Below, piece by piece: positions 49,082-63,516 of a stretch of 64,000 nucleotides of DNA (its first letter is position 1; every line of letters begins with the position of its first letter). The stretch spans positions 5,146,001 to 5,210,000 of the forward strand of contig NC_079238.1 of NCBI RefSeq assembly GCF_027921745.1. The letters are read 5' to 3'. The notes under the pieces were generated by a model. That model had not been told where the DNA came from, ran no database searches, and saw only the letters and a list, made by a program, of their open reading frames with translations. The position numbers were made by a program, and so were the translations under genes. Source of the stretch: Schizosaccharomyces osmophilus (taxonomy: Eukaryota).

Positions 49082-49631
49082 ATGAAGAGCTAAGACACGA
49101 ATACTGTATGAGAAAAAAAAAGATTTCAGCTTATTTTCGTTCCTGCTCCCCGTGATTTCATTCCAAAATATTTGGTTTTCTGTTTTGACTATATACCACG
49201 CAGAGCAATCCGCTCTTTGTTGTGATGTACCATCTTCTTGATTTTTTTAATGAGAAAGTAAAAAAAGCACAAGTAATGATGGATGTACTAATTGCATTGC
49301 TGTCTTTGGTTTAATTCCCCAATCGTGCTTTAGGCAACCTATAGGAATCTCTGCCAAGGGAAAATAACAGAAGATTTTCCAATAATTCCTCTGAAAAATG
49401 AAGTTTTACATCGCAATGTCCATTGGTATATGGATTGTTAACCTTTATGTTCCAACATGTCAGTCCATACCTCAACCATTCTAGGACCAATCTCATAATC
49501 TTCCATAATCGTTTGATACGATCCCGATTTGATTCTTTCTTTATTTTTTTTTCTTTTTTCATATAAAATCTTTAAGAATCTCACATCCGACCAAGGATTG
49601 TCGTCTTGATAAGTTTTGAAAACATAGAACA

Positions 49632-50627
49632 ATGTCTGTTGAAATTAACTCCCTTTTGCATGCTGGATATTCCCATCCACTATTCCGAGAATGGCAAGCT
49701 ACGCGTTCCATCACAAAGTCTGCATTAATGTACCCAATCTTCATTACAGATGAAGATGACGCCAAAGCAGAGATTCCCAGCATGCCTAATCAATTTCAAT
49801 GGGGTGTAAATCGTCTTGAAGAGTTTCTTGGCCCTCTTGTTGAACGAGGACTTCGCAGCGTTATTTTGTTTGGCGTTATTACAGATTTTTCTAAAAAGGA
49901 TTCCAGGGGTTCTCTCGCCGATTCAAACGAATGTCCTGTTGTAAGAGCCGTTAAAGAAATCCGTAGACTATTCCCTGATTTGGTTGTAGCCTGTGATGTC
50001 TGTTTGTGTGAATACACAAGCCATGGTCATTGCGGCATTCTTTATGATGATGGAACTGTCAATAACGCAAAGTCCGTTGAAAGAATTGCCGAAGTTAGTG
50101 GTAATTATGCTTTGGCAGGCGCCCATATAATTTCTCCTAGTGATTGCATGGATGGTCGAATTAAAGCCATCAAGTCAAAGTTCATGGAATTGGATCTTTC
50201 TCATCGTGTCGCTGTCATTTCTTACTCTGCAAAGTTTGCTTCTGGGTTCTTTGGCCCTTTTCGAGATGCTGCCGGTAGCGCTCCCAGTTTCGGTGACAGA
50301 AAATGTTATCAACTTCCTATGAATGCTCGTGGCCTGGCTCGTAGAGCTATTCTCCGTGATTTGCGCGAAGGTGCCGATGGTATCATGGTCAAACCCGGCA
50401 CTCCTTACTTAGACGTTTTAGCAGAGGCTGCAAGGTTGGCCGAGGATTATCCTATTGCAACTTATCAAGTCTCCGGTGAATTTGCTACAATTCACGCCGC
50501 TGCCAATGCTGGCGTCTTTGGACTAAAGCAGCACGTAATGGAAACCATGCATGGCTTTATGCGTGCTGGTGCTTCTTTGGTTTTAACGTACTTCACCCCA
50601 GAACTTTTAGAATGGTTGGATAATTAA
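49632..50627 (+). CDS. hem2: Porphobilinogen synthase (ALA dehydratase)
   Basis: CDVCLCEYTSHGHCG, YSAKFAS.FFGPFRDA, IMVKPG. Confidence 0.97.
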   Translation: MSVEINSLLHAGYSHPLFREWQATRSITKSALMYPIFITDEDDAKAEIPSMPNQFQWGVNRLEEFLGPLVERGLRSVILFGVITDFSKKDSRGSLADSNECPVVRAVKEIRRLFPDLVVACDVCLCEYTSHGHCGILYDDGTVNNAKSVERIAEVSGNYALAGAHIISPSDCMDGRIKAIKSKFMELDLSHRVAVISYSAKFASGFFGPFRDAAGSAPSFGDRKCYQLPMNARGLARRAILRDLREGADGIMVKPGTPYLDVLAEAARLAEDYPIATYQVSGEFATIHAAANAGVFGLKQHVMETMHGFMRAGASLVLTYFTPELLEWLDN

Positions 50628-51245
50628 TGTTGATGATGGTCCTAAATGAATGCTATTACTAGACGGTGCTTTCTTATACGGACATACCCCTCCACAGTTA
50701 ATTTTTGATACCCATTTTCCCGAGTTTTTACGGGAAAACTTTTAAGGCGCGTACGTTTCTCTTAATCAGTGATAAAAAAATATACGACATAAAACTTGGA
50801 AGCTGTTAATTTGTTTTCATATTGCTCAAAAGACCAATAATTATGTTTCTTTGAACATATATTTAGTACTGCAGATGTCTACTAGTTTAAAAACATGAAA
50901 TATTTTTTGTGCTAAAACAAATTCATTTTACGAAAGAAAAAGGCAATCATAGTCCGAGAAATGCATTCATTTTTTCAAACACTAAAACAGGTATCCACTA
51001 GTTTACAAAACATAGTTGGGATTATTAATTAAGCTAATTAGATGAGGAAAACGGGTAAAAAAAATAAGACGACTGTCAACTTTAAAAAGACATATATCAA
51101 TATGTACAAAGAACGTACAAGATTGCTCAAAGGCTAAAAAGGGTATTCTAAATCGATGAATACTCGTCAATCAAATTTCAAGCAGCTAAAGATAAATAAA
51201 AAGCCTTTCGGTTTTTTTGGCTGCAAATCTAAAGGCGAACTATCG

Positions 51246-52691
51246 CTACTTAGGTTTTGCAACACAACATGAAAGTAAACGTAAATGGAATTTCTTCCTG
51301 GAAGAAGATTTTGGAGTAGCATTTTGAGATAGTTCATTACTCTTCCGTTGATGTTCGCTTTGTGTTCCCAGTTGACCGTATTGCTGCCCACCACTGGAAC
51401 TTGGGGGCAACTTTGGTTGAGATTGAAGAGCAGCGGTAGAAGAACCTAATCTTCCGTTTCTATTGGGTTCATTTCGCAAAGGCTGGACTGATGGATAAGG
51501 AGGACTGACTAATAATTGCTTTGGACTCGGCTGTGGCAAGTTATGGCGACTTCTGGTATACTGAGGAACAGCAGCTTGCCGCTTAGCAACCTCTTGAGCA
51601 TGACGGTGATGAGCAGCATGTTGTTTTACAGCACTATACTGCCATCCTTTCCCGTTGTTAATTAGTGACCAGTCAAACTCACCATCATCAGTTTCATTCA
51701 AACGCAGCAGTAAACTGTCAAACAAGCTGCGTAAATAGTCATAATCCGGCTTTTCATCATAACTCAGATTGCGAACGTACACCATGTATTGCATAAATTC
51801 TTTGGGATAACCATCACAAAGGTCTTTTATAGGAGTCAGTTGTTTTTTTTCTCCAATTTTTTCATATTTCTGTTTATTAGTGGCTGCCTTTAATCCCTGC
51901 CAAGGAAGGCTTCCACGAAGGAAGTACATGAAGACATGACCCATTGACTCAAGATCGTCTCGTCTTGACTGTTCGCGTCCTAAATGTGTGTTGATTGACA
52001 TGTAGCGTGCTGTACCAGAGAGACTTTTGTGCTCATTGTATGGACGATGAACATGCGTTTTTGGGTCACGATACTGTTTGGCCATACCAAAATCAACAGC
52101 GTAAATTGAATTTTCCACTTTTGACCCATTGAGACCAATCAAAAAGTTATCGGGTTTAATGTCCCGATATATGAAATGTCGTTCATGTACAGATTGGATG
52201 CGTGTTATCATCTGCTTGGCGATCATAGCTACTGTCTTTGGACTAAAGCGTCGACCGCAATAATCAAAAAGATCTTCCAAACTAGGTCCTAAAAGATCCA
52301 TCACCAACAAATTGTACATTCCTTCTTGTCCATAATAATAAACATTCGGAACGCCATCTAACACGGTTAATCAGAATGCTCTTGTTATAGAACGCTATTA
52401 GCTTTTGGCTTGCACATACGAACACCCATCAACATCTTATAAGTTAGATATTCATCCCGTAACTGAGGGACTTCGCTTTTCCTTGACTCCTAAACCAAAC
52501 ATTTGGTTAACCAATATTTTCAAACAAAGGGTTCCATCGTATTCCAGTTCACTTACAAATTTCAGTGCAATTGGCTGATTATTCACCAAATTAACACCTT
52601 GGAAAAGCATACCAAACGATCCTTCTCCGATTTTTTTTCCAACTCTATAGTGGACACCAACAACATTGGAATGCGACGACGTTGACGACAT
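51246..52691 (-). CDS. cki3: Casein kinase I; exons 52691-52557, 52489-52420, 52357-51246
   Basis: [37 protein letters not shown]-terminal CC (palmitoylation-type). Confidence 0.92.
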
Positions 52692-53230
52692 TCTATCAAT
52701 TTTCTCAGATGAGTGAGATTTCTATTATCTTAATTTATTTCAAACGAGTGTGTGATTTCGTCAACGAAAACTTTCCTACGCACAAACAAAAGACGGTTTA
52801 ATAACACAGGAAAATGAGGTTTCTGCTCAAACCAAACTAAGCCCATTAAAATAAATTTGAAACAAACAAAAATGCAGGAAAAATCTTGCAGTTGACGACC
52901 TCAGAGGTCCCGAGGCTGTCAACACCGTGTCTTGAGGAGGGTAAGTTGTATATGCCCACTCTGGCATTCCTAGTAATATTGTTAAAGGGCCATGAAGGTC
53001 TTGTAATAACGACCGAAGCTTAGAGACATTAGTTTCAATTTTTCTGCTTGTTTTCTTTTAAAAAGGAAAGAGAAAAAAACATTGTTTTAAGAAGGCGGTT
53101 TTTACTGATTTTACATTTTATTGATATAAGGTGAACGATATCCATAATAAGAAGAGTATACACTAGAAAAAATAATTATTAAATGAAACCCCATAAAAAT
53201 TTGTACAAGGAGGCATTCCGCAAGTCCTTT

Positions 53231-56200
53231 TTAGAAACTATCACAACTAAGAGACATGCTAACGAACCAAGTGTTCAAGCTTGTTTTCTCTAAATAGTGC
53301 TTCAAAAGATGGCTTTCACGATTTAATACTTTAATTACTTCTTGCGTGTCTCCAAATTTTGCCGGCGAGTAAATCATGGCAATGCTACCATAAGTGTTCT
53401 TGTCGAACGCAAAGGATGAAAGAGATGTAGGCTTCGTCAAACCTTCTTGAAATAAACCGTTTATCGTCGTTAAGCGTAAGGTTTGATACAAGGCAGTCAT
53501 TCTCACTTCGGCTTCTACGGCAGCGTCGTTCTTGTCCTTGGTATCTAAAATTTGAGACCATTTGTCGTTCAACACAGCCCTTCGCCAAATTGTATCTTCA
53601 AAAAACCTTTTCGCTTCATCTGTCAACCTTGTAGTTAGCAATAAACGCAATGCGAAATAATAATCTGTCATATCGTCCATTTGAAGTTCATTTTTTCTAT
53701 ACAAAGAGAAGCTCAGATATTCAATCAGCTCGGTAACTGCTATGACTTGATGATCAATCAAACATTTGATTACTCGGTGCATCACTTGCCGAGCAAGGAC
53801 GGGAATAGGTTTACCATCCGTTATTTCCTCAATAGTTGCTTCCACCAGATGGTATTTTTTCCCCTGTAACTGAAGGCGATGAACAACAGGCATGATCGTC
53901 TTTTCAATCATTTTTTGGATGTGAATTTGTTCTAATTTCTGTTCTACCAATACAAGATCCTTGGATTTCGCCGGACCCTTCGGATTTGCATACAAGAATA
54001 TTTTTCCTAGAGATAGCTCAATTTCCTTCTTTTCAACCAAGTTTTCTTTTTTGTTGGCCAGTTGTAATAATCTATGTGAGGCAAGCTCGTAATTTTTATC
54101 CCGCATATCGTGCATCCATGACACTTCATTATAGCCTCGATAAGTAAAGTATTCTGTAAGGAAATTTGACTTATGTTTATCGCTATTCAATAATTCCACC
54201 GACATTCCTTTTTCCACATAAAAATCATACAAGACGAAAGCAAATTCTTTACCAAACTTTAAAAGATATCCATCAATTTGCTTGTCAAGTTCTTTTTTCG
54301 CAAAGAATTGATAACACAATTCTACGACTGACCGGTAGTCTCGATATTTCTCAGCGACGCGCAAGGCATTTTTGCCCTGGCCAATCTCAAACAAAGTTTG
54401 AATCCAAAATTTTCTATTCATTGTAAATGCTTCTTCTAACTCCTTTTCATGGATTCTATCGCTCTCGTTTTCACTTAACCAGCCGAGTCTTTCGGCATAA
54501 GCATTAAAACATACTTCAGTCAATACAACGAGTTGAACCTGCATGTTCGATAAAGCATTTCTGACAACATCTTTGTCTTTCGAAAGTAGTTCTTTTCCAG
54601 AATCCCGCTCCCCTTGTTGGAATTGAAATAAAGCAGACTTTGTAAGCTCAAATTGACGTGTAAGAGCCGTCAAAACATCTGGCGTAGAAGTCCATGGTAC
54701 TTCCTTTTCAAAAGAGTCAGCGCTAATATCGTAAATACCATGAGTCTCGACACGATAGCTCAACGCCGATGATAAAATAGCCAGAATAATCTCATTGGAC
54801 TCTAGTATAACATTCATGACTTCAATTGGAAGTTCTTGAACCCTTGAGGCAGAGTCAACACAAAAATTATGAGCTTGCATTATAAGTTGCTCTATGTTAT
54901 CAATACTCTGCATGAACCAATTCCGAACAGATTTATCTAGCTGGGTCTCCTTCCCCAACTTAAATATGATCCTTTGGAAAATCAACGAACGACTTGCGGT
55001 GCTCATCTCTAAATCGATAGTTGCCCAAAGAGATCTTGCGGCATTGCACTTCTCACCTAAGATACGCAAAGAAAACAGCAATCCATCACTTATATCATAG
55101 GGAATGTCTTTAACGTAGCGAACCAAATTGTTCAAATAGGTTAATCTTAAATCCAAATGCTGTATTAACGAGGGCAGCACAGGAGGTAAGTGAGAAGAAG
55201 AAGACGTTAAGATTTCTTTTCCGATTGAATAAATAAGTCTTTCAATTTCAGAAACCTTAAGTTTGGGAATTGTTTTCCAACTGAAATCCAATGGATTTTC
55301 ATATACATATCCGTAAAAGACTGCTTCTTCAATTTTCCTTTTCAAGGATTCAACAGCATCTAATTGTTGAGCATCATCTTGAATTTCAATTTCAGTAACA
55401 CCAGTTTTGGATGTAACAACCAAACAAGAAAGCTTTGGATTAGCGTGCGATGATTTTATACCTAAGGAGAGTTGTTTGCATCCAGACGCTATGATACCAC
55501 CGGAAATATCGGATTTGAACCGAATAACGTCCTCCCGATAACAATACATTGTATTATAATCCAAATCCATGCGGGTATTTAAGATTATTACAGCACTGGG
55601 GGACACAAGAATGAAACATGGTCCGAACGAGGCATATTGTATTTTTAACCGTTGCTTTTTTGAGGAAGTATAGCCTAAGGAATGAACAAACATTAGATGA
55701 GGATTTGCTATATTGGAAAAATCACATGTGTAAAGAGAATACTTGTATCTTAACCCATATTTCCAAGAGCAGAGAAAGGTTATTGAGTCACCATCTTGAG
55801 ATGTGATTGCGGAGTCGAGAAATAGGAAATCTTCAGGAATCATTTCAGCTTCTTCTAGGACCTTTAAAAAAGTAGGGGTAAGGTCAACGCGAACGTGCTA
55901 CTTCTGTTAGAAATGTATACTTTTAGATAAAATAACATACCATAGTTTCATCCTTCAAATTATAAATATCCACTAAACCCGAAGAATCAGTCACATATAA
56001 AAGGTGTCGAAAAGAGGACGAAAGAGGAGGTGACATGATAGAAACGGCATAAGAAGCAAAGGGATTTTTTATTCTTAACTTTTCAAGACACTTGGACAAC
56101 AATCCACCATGAGAGGCCACTGTATTCAAACAAATTTTTGGTAGACCAGAGGAGTCGCGTAGACTAATGGACAGAAGTCGACCATAGTTTGTGGATACAA

Positions 56201-56817
56201 TGTATAGAAAAGGATTCGCACAATAGAGCCGTAAGCAATACTCATTACTCGATAGTTTAAACTGACTTTCCATTCCCTGAGGTTTCACTATGGGTTGAGC
56301 GAGAGCATTTCCTATACAAGTCCAATAGGCAATACGTCCACTTACGGGCATTAAAATTAAAAGACCTGGATCTCTATCGGGGATGTCTGAAGAAACAATA
56401 GCTGTAAGTGGATTAAGCTCAGGAGCATCGGCGTCGCTTTCTTCAGGCAAAGGAAAGGTAATTGTAGGAGGGTCTTTTAAGGTCTGGGAATGTTGGTAAC
56501 TAAACACATAGCAAGCGTTTTTAGAGTTTAGCAATACATATCCCAAATCGGGGTAACAGGTTCCAGTTAAGGAAAGGTCTATTGTCTGTTAATTTTGAAC
56601 GTTCCATATACGATTTGTTTACGTGGAGCTTACCATTAGAAATATCAGAATGTAACCTTTTTAAAAGAGGGAAAACATGATAATAATCTCCCTTTAACCA
56701 ATCTGGATACAGGGATGCGATACCGTTCTCATAAGGTCTTGTCTCAACAGAAATGCGCTTCGATTGATCAAAAGCAGATGAATTTACATTCTTTCGCTTT
56801 CCAAGGACTGTACTCAT
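53231..56817 (-). CDS. nup132: Nup133-family nucleoporin (introns ~56579-56631 and ~55863-55940)
   Basis: Beta-propeller-like N-terminus (PGLLILMPVSGRIAYW) and helical C-terminus (AEKYRDYRSVVEL, IWRRAVLNDKW). Paralog assignment is from recalled synteny. Confidence 0.82.
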
Positions 56818-57577
56818 TGTTCTAAAAAAAACAATGTTCTTGTGTGAGTATAGAATCCGTTGAAAGCAAAATTCTATGAAAAGCAAGGTGAATTGGCTCT
56901 GAGATGAGCTTGATGCGTTAGGGCGAACTCTTTCAAATGGATCAGAGTTTATACCTTATTTCCAATTATCTGAACAAGTAAAAAAAGGATTAACTAAAAT
57001 GATAAAGTACTAACGCCCCAAATATGTGGAGGATTAAATTACTTTCAGTGTATGCTCTCTTAACCAGGCATGGAACAGTAATGTGGTTGTCATATAGCAA
57101 TAAGAGAACTCTACAATTTTAATTTTTTTTCTTTATTTTTCGAACACCACTAGCGATAATGCTACGATCGAAACGCGAAGAAGATTTGTAGTGCTTGAAC
57201 GACTTTCTGCGATCCGTTTCATAATGGAACATGTGTTTCTACAATTGTTTATTTGTTTTCCTAATCTGATTATAATTCTAACAGAAAAGGCTTGCTTTTG
57301 AGCAGAAGCACAAAATCGCATTCTCCTCCAAAACACTCAGATTTGCGGAAAGCTTTTCCATGGGAGGATACATGCTTTACATTTCTATTTAAAAAGTAAC
57401 TGTTAGGATACTCAAATATTTTGGACAAAAAAAAAGCCGTTGGCGGGTTTAAATACGAATTAGAAAAAAATAAAAGAATTTGGAGTTTTTAGACTGGATT
57501 CTAGGCGCCTAAAAACATTTACGGTTTAATTTGTATACTTATAAATTATCTTATTTTTTGTTTAAACGAAAGATCGA

Positions 57578-58807
57578 ATGGGTTTTAAAACGAAACAAAA
57601 AGATTTTACAGAGGAGGATTTGGAACAAATTCCTTGCCTTCTTGATCCCAAACACACCATCGCGAGACATCGAATGAGCTATCATTTGAAACGATGTAAC
57701 GCGAGACCTATACAAAGAACGGAACCGTACTATCATCAAGATTTGAACTTGGATCCTCTTGATGATGACTCAAAGCAATACCAGTTTGAACTTTCGCAGC
57801 TTTCAAAAGAAGAAATTCATGAATGGATCGATCTATTCATGCATGTTGGTAATAGCCTTCCTTTGCCGGAAACCGAAGTACTTTTTCATCCTGTAATGCA
57901 TGCTAGATGGTAAGCTCCCGGATAAAAACTGGTTGATAATTCCAAGTACTAACTTTGCTAGGAGCGAATGCAAAAACAAGAAACATGCGGTTCAACAGGT
58001 ACGTTCTGCTTTCTCTGAAAATAGCGTTGCTTTCATTGACTAACTTTATTCTTATAGGCTTCTTTGTTAGGTCATATGGATAAAGCATCCTTTTTTGAAG
58101 CACCAGAAAGCGTTTACTTTGAATTCGGCGCTGGTCGTGGTGAATTATCTCGTTATGTGCATCATTGTCAACCCAAGCGCAATGTTTATATCCTGATTGA
58201 CCGGGATTCCAATCGGCTGAAGCATGACTCCAGGATAATTAAAGACTCTCAAATTTATGGTTGGTCAATTCCTGAAGTAGTTCGCTGCAAGATTGATATT
58301 AAGGATTTTAGAATTCAGCACTTTGCGGATCAGAAAGTGCATAACGAATCCGGAACTGAGAAACCTCAATTTGCTTACTCCAAGCATTTGTGCGGCGCTG
58401 CTACAGATCTTACATTGAATAGTATAAGGAATTCCTCTATGAGAGCTGTTTTAATTGCTTTGTGCTGTCATCATCATTGCCGATGGGAAGCTTTATCTTC
58501 GCATTCACGCTTACAACTAGAAAAGTGGGGAATTCGTGGAGTCAAAGCTTTTCAAGTACTCCGTCAAATGACAGGTTGGGGCATCAATAGTCTTCGAGAG
58601 AATATGCAAGCTTCGGGTGGTGCTGACACTCATTACAGCGGCTTGACGCATGAGGAGCGTGTTCAAATAGGTCTGAAGTGCAAACACATCATTAATACCC
58701 TTCGGAAGCTTGATTGCGAGCGTTTGGGCTACAACACACGCCTTGTATATTATGTGAATTCAGATGTTACATTAGAGAATGTCGCCCTTTTAGCACGAAA
58801 AAAGTAA
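57578..58807 (+). CDS. trm13: tRNA 2'-O-methyltransferase Trm13 (two short introns ~57910-57961, ~57999-58057)
   Basis: CHHC finger PCLLDPKH..HLKRC, EFGAGRGELS, SKHLCGAATDLTL, ALCCHH. Confidence 0.92.
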
Positions 58808-59282
58808 AAGATGCGCAAATAGAAAGAAATTTTATGGAAGATGGTGTTTTTTTATATATTATTTCTTTTTTAACTATACAGAAGCAACAACTGTCGTTGC
58901 AATGAAATAGATCATTGTTCTCTGTATTGAAACACTAGATTGGTAATTGAAGTTTAGATGCTAGTCTACACAAAGTTTTAAAGCAAATAAGGAAAATCGT
59001 GAAGATTTTTCAAATGAAATGAAGAGCTGGATTTCCCCCAAGCGAAAAAAAAAAATACACGAGTATTAATTCTCTCGTGTCATCTTAAAAGGACAATATG
59101 AATTATGGCAAAGGATTACCACAATAATTGAGTAAGTATACCCTTTTATCCTTTTTTTTGTTTTATTTGAAAATCTTTAGAAAAGTCAAGTTCGAGACGT
59201 GAGAACGGAATTTCGTCTCGTTCCTAACGATCCATCTTCAACATACATACTTTATAAGGAAACACTAACAAGAATCGTAAAG

Positions 59283-60130
59283 ATGTCAAAACTGCGTGTA
59301 CTGGTCGGCGTAAAAAGAACTTTAGACTACATGTTAAAACCTCGTATTAACCCAGCTAAAACTGGTGTTGATTTGGCCGGCCAAAAGATGAGTGTAAGTG
59401 TCTTAAGTCCAAACAAGTGGTGTTTGAGAGGGATTGGAAGAATGAGAAGGGCTTTTATAATTAACTTGAATAATAGATCAATCCTTTCTGTGATATTGCC
59501 GTTGAAGAAGCAATTCGCATCAAGGAAACTCAAAAAGATCGAGTTGAAGACACCCTAGTGGTAACAGCAGGTCCAAGCGCGTCGGAACAAATTCTTCGTC
59601 AAAGCCTTGCAAAGGGAATACAAAGAGCATCTTTGATTGATGTAGGAAATAAAGAGCTTGAACCCCTTTCCGTAGCCAAGTTATTAAAAGCTACGGTCGA
59701 AAAGGAAAAGAGTAACCTTGTAATTCTTGGAAAGCAAGCAATCGACGACGATGCTCATCAGACAGGAGGAATGCTTGCCGCTATGCTTGGCTGGCCTCAG
59801 TTTACCAGTGCTAGCAAGGTTGCATTTGAAGGTGATAAAGTTGTTGTCACAAGAGAAATTGACGGTGGTGCGGAAACACTTTCGAGTCCATTACCTGCTG
59901 TTATTACCACAGACCTTCGCTTAAACGTTCCAAGATTTGCCAATCTGGCTAAGGTAATGAAAGCCAGAAAAGCACCTCTTGGAAAGTTGACCCCAGAAGA
60001 TCTTGGAGTACCCATTGAGAATAGACTACAGACGCTTTCTGTGGAAGAGCCAGTATCTAAGCGTCAAAGTATTATGGTAAAGAATGTTGACGAATTTGTC
60101 AAGACTTTGAAGGAATTGAAAGCTTTATAA
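59283..60130 (+). CDS. Electron transfer flavoprotein beta subunit; intron 59394-59476
   Basis: LRVLVGVKR, S/INPFCDIAVEEAIRIKE, GKQAIDDD, DLRLNVPRFA. Confidence 0.95.
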
Positions 60131-60586
60131 TGTTGGTCTTGAGAATATGGTTCCTTAACGATGCTCAATTTTTTTTTTGATTCGTTATCTTTTTTGTTAT
60201 TCACATATGTTTCTTTTAGTCATCTTTCCTCTTAGTACACTATTGCTCAACAGCCTTCAACTCTCAAAAGGATTTAGTTTGGAGCACTCCTTTCGGGGCA
60301 TTGCTACAAATGAAAGTATCGCACAAGCTATTGAGTCTTTCCCTTGTTTTTAAGATATATTTCTCTAATAGATGTTTGATTTATGTCCTCTATATCTATA
60401 CGTATGTACCAATGGTTTTATTTAGCTTTCGTTCCTTGTCTTCTTTTGCCTCTCTTGCGAAATCTGTAGTCTTTTTGGATTTGTTTAATTTTTATTTAGC
60501 AAGAGCAAGTTCGTAGCTCTTGTTTTCTGGGAGGAATCTCTACCTTTCGTTCGTACAGTGTGCATGCCCCAATTTTTGTATCGCCC

Positions 60587-60612
60587 TTTTTTTTTTTTTT
60601 TTTTTTTTTTTT
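60587..60612. repeat. Poly(dT) tract, 26 nt
   Basis: Uninterrupted T run ~350 bp upstream of ppk6. Confidence 0.9.
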
Positions 60613-60966
60613 GAAATTTGATTAAGCTAATTATTACAATAAAAACAATTCCATTTATGGCATAGTCGTCTTATTATATATTATGTAGGAAGAACTCGAT
60701 ATCTAATCTCAGCGATTTTGTCATTTACTCTTTTACGTACATACTATTAGCACCTACATAAAGCCAAGTTGAGCCATTCAATTACCCTTAAATTTGTTTG
60801 ATTTATTCATTTTTATTTCCCATTTTTTAATAACCATTTTCATTACTTGAGTATTTATATCAACTTGTGGCTTCAAACCGAATTTATTTTCAGTCACTGT
60901 CAAAGCACACACAAAATCACGAAAATCGTGAGTTTTTTGTCTTCTTAGAGAGGATACTCGTTTTAG

Positions 60967-63392
60967 ATGTCTCAAGGTATGTAAATTATAGGACTTGGCC
61001 GAGTAGAATCGCTAATTTTTAGACGTCTTCAAACATATAACCAGAAAACAGCTTCAGCGTTCTCGATCCAGGTACGAATCTTACTCAACATATTCAATAG
61101 GTACTAATGCTTGACAGGTCCTTCGATGGTCGTTCTGATCGATCACCAAGTTCCTTATTTCCAAAGAAAGAAAATGGCTTGACACCGACTACCAGGTTAA
61201 GACTCTTAACCTTCTCTAGCGTGTCTAGGTACTCATTTTCTTACAGCCCTTTGATTATCCGTGGAGGAATTAATGACTATCTCCCGTTAGACCTCAATAT
61301 CACAAATCCCTGGGAGTCGCTCCCTGAAACAGAGATGCGCCGGACTGGTGAAGAACTCTTCGGAAACTATACAATTAGCACAGAAGCTTTGGGTGATGAA
61401 CAGGACAGGTCTCCGTTCACAGCTCGCCCGAAGAAGCGTCGATCACTGGGCGATATATACTATGTACCTGTTCCTGGTAAACAGCATACATCATCAGCTG
61501 TAGATACGCCTCTGCAAGCTATTGCTACAACAAATAATACCACCTTTAGTATTTGGTCTGCGAATGATTACTTTTGTTTACTTTTCGGCCTAAGTGGCTC
61601 AAAATTAAATCGGCATAAGGTTTTTGATATATTTCCCAAAGCGTTTTCTTCCTATTTATCCACCTTAATGAGTTCCTTTCCAATAGATAATGAACATGAA
61701 CGCGTGTTATTCTGCGGTGATATTTTTCCTGTGAAAACTGTTGACGGTATACGCGTTATGGATTTTTGGGTGAAAGAGAAGGCAGGTAAATTGATATGGA
61801 TTCTTGAGTTCGTCGAAGAATCGTATATCGAATTTCAGCTCTCTAATAACGACTTTGTAATTGATTTGAAAACCGGTGAACCGCTCACCTTGGATTTTCT
61901 GCCTTCTCAGTTACCAAAGACTTGGGATGAGCGCTTATATTTGGGTACTCGTATGTCAACGGGGCTAATTTGCCCAAGCATGATATATCCACTATCAGGA
62001 AATACTTACCAGTATACTATATTTCATTATGCGGCTGGTCTACTTTTTATAAATAGGAATCGAAAAATTGTGTCTTTGAATGAAGCCATATTTGAATCCA
62101 TGCTTGGGTTCGGCGACTTATTGATGCGTGATATCTCAATAATATTTCCAGATTTTAACGAAATATTAGATTTACTGCTAGATAGTCGTTTCTTAGACCC
62201 AGGAAGAGTCGTCTCGGAACTTCATATTAGGCATGCATACTATCGCATAAAGTCATATAATCCTAACATTGGCGATCGTCCCGAGTTGGTACACGCCGAT
62301 GGTCATCGCATCAGGGTGGACTGTCAAATTATATCTGTTTCTCCTGCGTCTGACTACCCGAGCGAGCCTGCTTTTGGTGTATGGCTTATTTTTGATTCTG
62401 TTGATAATCGTGCTTCTAATTATATCAGTTCAAAACGTTCGGCTGAATTGTTGGAAAAGGCTGTAAAGTCTGAGGAAACAAACGACTTGGGAGGACCCAG
62501 AGAGACAAGCGATGAAATTTCATTTCAATGTGACGGAATATGGGAAAATATTCCGCAAAAAATATCTATGTATAATACCGTGAAGGAGTTAGGAATCGGA
62601 GCGTATGGGCAAGTAAAGCTGGCTAGCTATAAATGTCATAAAGAGCATGAAGTAATTTTAAAATCTATTAATAAGTCCCGGATATTGTTGGATTCCTGGA
62701 TGCGAGATAAGGAGCTCGGAACAGTGCCTATGGAAATAAGCATTTTGAATTTTTTAAAAACTAAACCACATCCAAATATTGTGAACATGATATCTTTTTT
62801 TGAGGATAACGATAATTATTATTTGTTAACAGAACCACAGATGCCAGGAATTGATCTATTTGATTATATTGAAGTAAGATCTTCAATATCGGAAGTTGAG
62901 TGTAAGGCTATTTTTTATCAAATTGCTTTAGCTATTGGTCATTTGCATACTTTTGATATAGTACATAGGGATATAAAGGACGAAAATATAATTCTGGAGC
63001 AATCAGGAGTTGCCAGATTAATTGATTTTGGGAGCTCAAGTCTCACTCGAAAAGGACCTTTTGATACTTTTCGGGGAACAGTGGGTTTCGCTGCCCCTGA
63101 ACTGTTAAAAGGAGAAAGATATATGGGTAAAGAACAGGATGTTTGGGCTTTGGGTATTTTACTTTATACAATCGTTTACCGCGAAAACCCGTTTTACAAT
63201 ATTGAGGAAATATTAGACGGGGAGTTGAGAATTCCTTTCGAGATGTCGAAGGAACCTGTCGATCTTATTTATCGAATGCTTGACCGAAATGTTCAAGCCC
63301 GTATTACTGTTGAAGATGTTATACAGCATTGTTGGTTTAATGATGTTAGAACAGTCAAGCCCTCCCATGTACCTGTACCTTTAACACTTTAA
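60967..63392 (+). CDS. ppk6: PAS-kinase-like Ser/Thr kinase; short 5' exons (60967-60976, 61023-61071, from 61118) and a probable further intron ~61196-61246
   Basis: LGIGAYGQV, VHRDIKDENI, DFG, GTVGFAAPE; PAS-like N-terminal segments. Confidence 0.85.
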
Positions 63393-63516
63393 AACTAGTC
63401 CGTTGTTGTTATAAATATTATGTATTAAATGCCACTATGAAACCCATTAATAAATTTGTTTTACGATCAAAAAAATAAAAATAAACTATTGTAAACATGT
63501 GTGCTTAGACACTCAC